Source of the DNA: Candidatus Latescibacterota bacterium
GTDB lineage: Bacteria > Latescibacterota > UBA2968 > GCA-2709665
Direction of reading: 5' to 3'
NCBI GenBank assembly: GCA_963667175.2
Contig: CAXXXF010000001.1
Span: 1 to 64,000, forward strand
Length of the DNA stretch: 64,000 bases
Part shown: positions 57,835 to 64,000 of the stretch, one piece after another
Position numbering within the stretch: the stretch's first letter is position 1
How the letters are laid out: every line of letters begins with the position of its first letter
Notes under the pieces: generated by a model
The model's database searches: none
The model's input: only the letters and a program-made list of their open reading frames with translations
Told to the model about the DNA's origin: nothing
Position numbers and translations under genes: made by a program

Positions 57835-58326
57835 CTATTCCGGTCTGTGAATGATATCGGTCGGCCTGTCCATCATCTCCATTCGGACGAATTCGAACTC
57901 GCCGCCGTTCGTGCGGTTCATATAGCGTTCGACTTCGTTGAAGCCGACGCGTTCGTAAACCTTTATCGCCCGTTGGTTGAACGCCGCGACGCGAAGCTGG
58001 ACTGTCTTCGGCGAGAACCGGGTTTGTGCGAATTCCAGTCCCGCACGAACGAAATGCTCCCCCAGTCCCTTCCCCGTCAGATCCGGATGAAGACCCAGAC
58101 CGAAATCCACGACGCCGTCTGAGTTTTGATACGCAAAAAACCCCACCAATTCGCCAGCGTCATCCCGGACGGCAAACATGGAGTCGCCCCGAAGCGTGGG
58201 ATCCAGAAGCTCCGCCAGGTCCTCGGCGTCCGCTTCCGCATCATAGAACGCGTATTCGCCCTCGTAATGCCATGAAGCGATCGCTTCAGCGTCCGATTGG
58301 GCCAGAGGTTCGATATCAAAGCGCAT
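57835..58326 (-). CDS. GNAT acetyltransferase (RimJ/RimL-like)
   Basis: I..W.YE..Y.FYD, GLGL.P.LTGKG.G, VA.FN.RAIKVYE..GF. Confidence 0.9.
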   Translation of the reverse strand: MRFDIEPLAQSDAEAIASWHYEGEYAFYDAEADAEDLAELLDPTLRGDSMFAVRDDAGELVGFFAYQNSDGVVDFGLGLHPDLTGKGLGEHFVRAGLEFAQTRFSPKTVQLRVAAFNQRAIKVYERVGFNEVERYMNRTNGGEFEFVRMEMMDRPTDIIHRPE

Positions 58327-59719
58327 CGGCCAATTCCCGGAGCACGTCGACCGCCATGAGCACGTCGTCTCGCCGGCACTCGAACTGCCCGACCTGGAAT
58401 CGGATGACGAACCGCCCCTCGTGGATCGTGTGCGTCAGGTAGATCCGGCCGTCGTCGTTCACCGCGCGGACCAGGGCCTCGGTGGCCTCGTCGGCATTCC
58501 GCCCTTTCGGCGCGAACTGGAACGTGAAGAGCGACAGCCGGCATTCCGTGGTCAGGCGGAAGCCGTCGAGCGATGCGATTGCGGCGGCGGCTTCGCCGGC
58601 CCAGGCGACGTGGTTCCGGATCCGCTGTCGCAGGTCTTCGAGGCCGTGGGCGCGCAGCAGAAACCAGAGTTTGAGGGCCCGGAACCGGCGTCCGAGAGGG
58701 ATCGTCCACTCGCTGTAATTGGTGATTTCGGACTGCCCGAGCGTCTCGAGGTATTCGGGACGGATACCCAGGGTCCGGACCTGTTGCGCCGGGTCCGCGA
58801 GAAACTGGATCGAACAATCAAACTGCGCGCCAAGCCACTTGTGGGGATTGAAGACAATGCTGTCGGCGCCGTCGACACCGGCCCACAGATCGCGCATCTC
58901 CGGGCAGATCATCGCGGAACCGGCCCACGCCGCGTCCACGTGAACGTAGAGATTATGCGCTCGCGCCACTTCGATGGCCGGCACCAGACGGTCTGACGCG
59001 CCGATCGACGTGCCGCCGACACAGAGGATGACACCGGCCGGCAAATATCCCACGGCTCGATCGTCGCGGATCGCCACGCGAAGCGCCTCCGGGTCGAGCG
59101 CGCCGGACCCGTCGGTGGGCACCTTGACGAGGTTCCGCTGGCCGATCCCGGCGATCCGGATCGACTTGTCGATGGACGAGTGGTTCTCCGGCGACGCGTA
59201 GATCCGCAATTGTCTCTCGCCCGCGATTCCGGTGTCGATCCCGCGCCAACCCAGCGCTCGTTCGCGCATGGTCAGAACGGCGCAGAGATTGGCCGCTGTC
59301 GCCGTGTCCTGAATCACCCCATGGAACCCTTCCGGCAACCCCAGGGCCTGGCGCATCCAATCCACCATCCGCGCCTCGATCTCAGTTGCCGCGGGAGAGG
59401 TCTGCCAGAGCATGCATTGGGCCGCCATCAACGCCGTCAGGTTCTCGGCGATCATCGAAACCGGCGCGGCATTCGCGGCGAAATAGGCGAAAAAGCGCCG
59501 GTGCTGCCAGTGCGTCATCCCGTCCGGCACGAGGCGCTCGAAGTCAGCGAAGATCGTCTCCATGTCTTCCGGCGCTTCAGGCGGCGCATCGGGCAGCATC
59601 GCGGCGACCTCACCCGGCGCGGTCTGCGCCCTCACGGGCCGCTCTTCAAGCGTATCCAGGTACTCGGCGCCCCATCGTGCCGTTCGCTCCGCCCATATAT
59701 AGTAGTCTTCTCGCTTCAT
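58316..59719 (-). CDS. PLP-dependent aromatic-L-amino-acid decarboxylase family (group II)
   Basis: THWQH..FFAYF, SPAATE.E, HSSIDK, HVDAAWAG, NPHKW (PLP lysine), LGRRFRALKLW. Confidence 0.95.
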   Translation of the reverse strand: MKREDYYIWAERTARWGAEYLDTLEERPVRAQTAPGEVAAMLPDAPPEAPEDMETIFADFERLVPDGMTHWQHRRFFAYFAANAAPVSMIAENLTALMAAQCMLWQTSPAATEIEARMVDWMRQALGLPEGFHGVIQDTATAANLCAVLTMRERALGWRGIDTGIAGERQLRIYASPENHSSIDKSIRIAGIGQRNLVKVPTDGSGALDPEALRVAIRDDRAVGYLPAGVILCVGGTSIGASDRLVPAIEVARAHNLYVHVDAAWAGSAMICPEMRDLWAGVDGADSIVFNPHKWLGAQFDCSIQFLADPAQQVRTLGIRPEYLETLGQSEITNYSEWTIPLGRRFRALKLWFLLRAHGLEDLRQRIRNHVAWAGEAAAAIASLDGFRLTTECRLSLFTFQFAPKGRNADEATEALVRAVNDDGRIYLTHTIHEGRFVIRFQVGQFECRRDDVLMAVDVLRELADAL

Positions 59720-59779
59720 ATCATGTCCATCGCTGACGCGGTAACATCGACCGTTGCGCTTCTAGCTCGCCCCTCGCCA

Positions 59780-59900
59780 TGTAGGGGCGTCCCCTGTGGG
59801 CACCCGGCCCATCCTGCCCGCATCGATCGCCGCGCCTATAGCTCGTTCCCCGCCATGCAGGGCGTCCCTTGCCTGGGAGCGCGGGCATCCTGCCCGCATC
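59780..59900. repeat. REP-like hairpins
   Basis: GTAGGGGCGTCCCCTGTGGGCACCCG and GGGAGCGCGGGCATCCTGCCCGC are inverted variants of hairpins at 10995-11150. Confidence 0.65.
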
Positions 59901-60110
59901 GACCGCGGCGCCTTCAATATAACACAATCGCTTTAAAACCACTATGCTTCGTGATTCCAATAGGGAGTTCGGATCGACCCGGGCGCGAAAACGTCAAACA
60001 GGGTTTCGCGGACACCGATTGGACCGCTCGCAGCGTTATTGGCATAGGACTTGAAACCAGGGGCGGGATTGTTTAGCTTGATGCCGGACGGTAGAGGAAA
60101 ACCTGAAATC

Positions 60111-60500
60111 GGTGAGAGGGTAGACGTGAGACGGGAGATGACGTCCTTGCCCGATTGGTTCTTCCTTTATGCCGCCGGCAAGAAATGAAACCGCAAGCGG
60201 CAGCCAATCTCTTCTCTCTTACGTCTAACGTCTACCCTCTTCCCGCCACCGACCTACCCCCTATCCCCCTTCCCGGGGGGAAGGGGGAAACGGTGATCCT
60301 CTCGCGGTGTCCTGGTTTTCACCCCCTCTCCCCCCGGGAGAGGGGGCCGGGGGGAGAGGTTTGCGGGGCTGGGGGTGGTTCGCTCTTGGCTGACGGCTGA
60401 TCGCTGCTTTTCGACGGCAGGGAATTTGGGGAGATGTGGATCTTGAATTTGATTTTCGATCTTGCTTCATGCTGAAGGCTGAAAGCTGATCGCTGCTTTT
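60111..60500. repeat. Composite repeat island
   Basis: 60111-60237 is the reverse complement of 27369-27495; CCCCTTCCC..GGGAAGGGG and CCCCTCTCCC..GGGAGAGGGG hairpins; GCTGA heptamer runs. Confidence 0.85.
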
Positions 60501-60555
60501 GGTGGACCGGGAGGCAAGGTCCCGACCACCACGCATTTACCTGGAGGATCTTTGT

Positions 60556-61830
60556 ATGGATACCCTTCCGCTGCCTGCACGGCCCGTACTCGCGGACTAC
60601 GTGAAACGCGCCGAGGACCTCGTCGGGGCCGTTCAGTCGGAAAACACGAACGCTGTTCAGGAGTTCTGCAACGACTGGCTCGAAGAGATTGTCCGCGTGT
60701 CCGGACCCGACCTGACGGACTTTGTGCGGGCCAGCTGGAAACGGGCTATCGGCGAAATTAAAAAATGCGCTGGTGACACGTCTGCGAGGGCCGGAGATGA
60801 TAGCGATCGGCTTTCGCTTGCCGGCGCTCAGTCGCTCATCGCACGAGCCCATAGTTTCGAGAGTTGGGCCACATTCGCCAGATTCATCGAGCGCGACACG
60901 CGCCAGACGTCCGAGGGCGCCGAGTTCGAGGTCGCGGCCGATGCCGTGGTCGATGGAGACCTCGCCAGACTTGAGTCGCTCCTCCGAGGGAATCCGGCCA
61001 TGGCCCACGCCCGATCGGCGCGCATCCACCGGGCGACGCTGTTGTATTACCTCGCCGCCAACGGCATTGAGGACTTCCGCCAGCGGTCGCCCGCAAACGC
61101 GCCCGAGACCGCGCGGCTTCTCCTGGAGGCCGGCGCCGAAGTGGATGCCTTGTGCGGACCGGGCGATTCGGGAGACACGCCCATGCTGGCGCTCGTGACC
61201 AGCGTTCATCCGCACCACATGGGTGTGGCGACCGAGCTGATTGAGATATTCGTGGTGGCGGGTTCGAAAGTAAATGGGGTAAACGGAGACGGCGCGCCAG
61301 TACGTCTGGCGCTCAATTTCGGGTATACCGATTCGGCCGCCGCCCTTGTGCGTCTCGGGGCGGAGGTGAAGACCGTGGCGATGGCCGCGGGGCTGGGTCG
61401 GCTGGATCTGACGAAGGTATTCGTTGAAGAGCGCGGCGTATCTCAGGCAGAGGTGGCAGCCGCGTTTGAGGATGCCTGCCGGTTCGGCCGGACGGCTATC
61501 GCCGAATACCTGCTGGCACAGGGCGCCGACGTGGACGGACAGGGAACCTGGGACATGACAGGCCTGATGTGGGCGGCGGCCCAGGGGCATCTCGACACCA
61601 TGGCGATGATCCTCGATCGCGCCCCCTCGCTCGAATTGCGGAACGAGTTCGGCGGCACCGCGATGGGCACCGCCCTGCACTTCGCAATCCATTCGCCGAA
61701 CCGCGGCGCCGACTATCCTGCCGTGATCGATATGCTTCTCAACGCGGGACTGAAATTCGAGGGGTCCAGGACCGGAACGGGGCTGGATGATATCGACGCC
61801 GTGCTCCGCCAACACGGTCGGATCGACTGA
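60556..61830 (+). CDS. Ankyrin repeat protein
   Basis: GGAGG RBS; LL.AGA.V, L..GADV, T.L.WAA..G repeats; N-terminal LP..P.L..Y.K.A.DL and AQ..IAR.H.F.SW segments. Confidence 0.85.
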   Translation: MDTLPLPARPVLADYVKRAEDLVGAVQSENTNAVQEFCNDWLEEIVRVSGPDLTDFVRASWKRAIGEIKKCAGDTSARAGDDSDRLSLAGAQSLIARAHSFESWATFARFIERDTRQTSEGAEFEVAADAVVDGDLARLESLLRGNPAMAHARSARIHRATLLYYLAANGIEDFRQRSPANAPETARLLLEAGAEVDALCGPGDSGDTPMLALVTSVHPHHMGVATELIEIFVVAGSKVNGVNGDGAPVRLALNFGYTDSAAALVRLGAEVKTVAMAAGLGRLDLTKVFVEERGVSQAEVAAAFEDACRFGRTAIAEYLLAQGADVDGQGTWDMTGLMWAAAQGHLDTMAMILDRAPSLELRNEFGGTAMGTALHFAIHSPNRGADYPAVIDMLLNAGLKFEGSRTGTGLDDIDAVLRQHGRID

Positions 61831-62035
61831 ACCGGCAATCCATCGATCGGCACTCTCGAAAAACAATCAGGCGCGGCGATCACGGCGGCGCCTATCTGAC
61901 ATTGGGAACGATTTGCTTGACAACACGCACCTAATGCTTTATGCTGAATGAACCTCGCCGACACATTGCAATTTCGGCTACATTCAATACATAGGAAGCC
62001 GATTCGACAGATCTTTCGAACGCGGGAATTAAACA

Positions 62036-62836
62036 ATGGACAATATCGGACAAGCATTCGACGACTCCGAGAATGCGGCTGAAACAGCCCGCCAATCCGC
62101 CGCCAAACTGGTGAATTTGACCAGACGCCTGCAAAAGGCAGCCAAAGAGGGTAACATCGGCGCAATCAAGAAGACGCGAGTCGGGCTCAGCGACGCGCTT
62201 GAGAACCTGACGCAGGCGGTGACGCACGCGATCCAATCCTGGCCCTATGACGATGATGAATTGGTAGAATATCTCAAGGGTGGCTATACACAAGAGTTGC
62301 GTCGCGTCGCCTCGGAAAAGGGACTGGAAATTCATTTGCGGGACGAACAGCTGATCTCACACCCGTCCATCGTGCGAATATTACCCGAGGATGAGGCGAT
62401 CCGAATTGACAACAAGAAGATCTCGACCATTAAGCCTTCCTACCTGTCCGATCTGCTGATCGCGAACCAGAACAAGCGCAGCCGCTTCTCGGCTAAGCGG
62501 TTTCTGGAAGCCCTGTACAGGGTTTACCTGGAGCTTGTGAAGGAAGACGCTTCGGATAGACTCATGAAAGGCGATTCCGGGCGTGTGGTACTCCTGGCAA
62601 GAATCTACAGGTTGTTCACGTCGCTGCCGGGTAGCGGGCGAGATTACGCAAAAATTGACTTTGCACGTGACCTTTACCAGTTGGAAACAAGCGGCGTGAC
62701 AGAGACGACGTCAGGGGCCAGAGTATTTTTCCACGCGTCCACCGGCACTCGAGGCGCAAGTAACGTATTCACCTTTGTGGGTCCACAGGGCCAGGACATC
62801 AAGTACTTCGGCATTCGATTTACAAAGGATGACTGA
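62036..62836 (+). CDS. Hypothetical protein, first gene of the DUF2791 operon
   Basis: 266-aa ORF with helical N-terminus; TGATG overlap with the next gene. Confidence 0.75.
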   Translation: MDNIGQAFDDSENAAETARQSAAKLVNLTRRLQKAAKEGNIGAIKKTRVGLSDALENLTQAVTHAIQSWPYDDDELVEYLKGGYTQELRRVASEKGLEIHLRDEQLISHPSIVRILPEDEAIRIDNKKISTIKPSYLSDLLIANQNKRSRFSAKRFLEALYRVYLELVKEDASDRLMKGDSGRVVLLARIYRLFTSLPGSGRDYAKIDFARDLYQLETSGVTETTSGARVFFHASTGTRGASNVFTFVGPQGQDIKYFGIRFTKDD

Positions 62837-63819
62837 TGCACGACAAGCATACCATCTCTCTCAAGGACTGGCTTCAGGTCATTGACGAAGAGTACCTTTC
62901 GTCGTTTGTGCGCGGTGGGGGCGCGTCGGTCAAATTCGCATTGCCGTCAGACGAGGGTTCCAGGGCTGGATTGTACGCAGAAGTGGAGGCCAGTTGCCAC
63001 GAGTCGGACTATCTTTTCATTAAGCTGAACGCAGAGACGATGCGAGCGCACATGCCGCAGGACTTTTTTTTCAGGTTCGCCAGCCAGGTCGATTGGCGTC
63101 TGACGGCTCGCCGTATGATCCTGAGGCTCGCGGCGGAGCAGGGCTACCGGATTGATGGAATACGTCCCCGCGAGGACGGCAACGTCTTCGACGCCATCGC
63201 GACAGCCAATGGTCTCGAATCGGAGTTCGTCCTTGGAAATCTTAGGCTGATGATACAGAATCGTGTCTTCAGGAACACGAAGATGGCAAGAGATTTCCGG
63301 GTGTGTATGAGCCATCTTTGCACGGAAGAGAATAGCCGTGGCGGGTACACAGGCGAGCCGTTGTTGGATTGGCTGACCGGAGAGAACACGCGAATCAGCG
63401 GCGTCCGGCCCTTTTCCATCTATACAAGTATCAATCGCAACACTGCCAGATACTTCATCGAATCGGCCTTCTACTGGATTCATCACGTTGGGCACTCCGG
63501 AACGGTGGTGTTGTTTGACAACGCCCGCGTCACGGTGGCGAGAAACCCGAAGGACGGAGTGCGCTACTACACCAGAGCGATGGCGATGGAACACTACGAA
63601 TTACTGCGGGAATTTATCGACGGCGCTGACCGGTTGACGAGTACGATGCTGGTCGTCGTCACCAACAGCGATTTCCTCGACGACAGCGGCGACCGCGGGT
63701 CCCGAGGCTACGGGATATACGAGGCCCTGCGCACGCGGGTGATGGACGACGTTCGAGATAGGAACCGGGTAAACCCGGTCGCATCGCTGGTGCGGCTGAC
63801 ATCGGAAGGTGGCAGGTAG
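62836..63819 (+). CDS. DUF2791 / BrxD-like ATP-binding-domain protein with degenerate Walker A
   Basis: G.ASVKF, L.WL.GE, G.SG.VVLFD, LREFID, Y.AL..R; lacks GxxGxGKT. Confidence 0.65.
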   Translation: MHDKHTISLKDWLQVIDEEYLSSFVRGGGASVKFALPSDEGSRAGLYAEVEASCHESDYLFIKLNAETMRAHMPQDFFFRFASQVDWRLTARRMILRLAAEQGYRIDGIRPREDGNVFDAIATANGLESEFVLGNLRLMIQNRVFRNTKMARDFRVCMSHLCTEENSRGGYTGEPLLDWLTGENTRISGVRPFSIYTSINRNTARYFIESAFYWIHHVGHSGTVVLFDNARVTVARNPKDGVRYYTRAMAMEHYELLREFIDGADRLTSTMLVVVTNSDFLDDSGDRGSRGYGIYEALRTRVMDDVRDRNRVNPVASLVRLTSEGGR

Positions 63820-64000
63820 TGGCAGTTTGCGCCGATAAACACGAATTCGCCTCCCGGCGGGCCCTGGAGGCGCTCCGAAACGGCGTGCCTAACAGGGACG
63901 CCGTGAAGCTATTGGGCTGCAACCAGCCGGAAGCCGAAGGACAATTCGAAGGTATGTTGACCGGGGCTGCGGAAGGCGTCGACCACTCGTCCGGCACTTT
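63819..64000 (+). CDS. DUF2791 / BrxD-like P-loop ATPase, N-terminus (runs off the window)
   Basis: GTG overlaps the upstream TAG; RRALEALRNGVPNR signature. Confidence 0.7.
   Translation, partial: MAVCADKHEFASRRALEALRNGVPNRDAVKLLGCNQPEAEGQFEGMLTGAAEGVDHSSGT

Noticed and set aside
60319-61866. 515-aa minus-strand ORF (and similar long ORFs at 42132-43415, 12325-13521, 29783-30859)
   Set aside because: Shadow frames of well-supported GC-rich genes on the opposite strand.

Overview
Bacterial accessory region, mostly GC-rich. The lineage cannot be assigned from this window; PhyH dioxygenases, an ankyrin protein and dense dispersed repeats would fit a Latescibacterota/Gemmatimonadota-like or host-associated genome (inference only). 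From 2970 to 59719 almost every real gene (about 60 short GNAT, NUDIX, HAD, histidine phosphatase, kinase, methyltransferase, hydrolase and toxin-antitoxin genes, several truncated) lies on the minus strand. They are interspersed with composite islands of REP-like palindromes, heptamer runs and MITEs; I found no integrase or attC sites. Best-supported unusual observations: (1) an archaeal-type threonyl-tRNA synthetase between two IS1380 remnants, preceded by a sigma70 promoter, an unannotated 49-aa Thr-rich leader peptide and a four-segment attenuator; (2) an ORF-less but apparently complete group II intron whose EBS1 matches a dispersed non-coding element present three times in the window; (3) very short CCTG...CAGG palindromes seen as clean insertions into other repeats by filled/empty-site comparison; (4) the start of an operon with tandem DUF2791 (BrxD/Shango-like) ATPase genes at the right edge. 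Several frameshifts may be sequencing errors. All protein assignments are by motif recognition, not database search.
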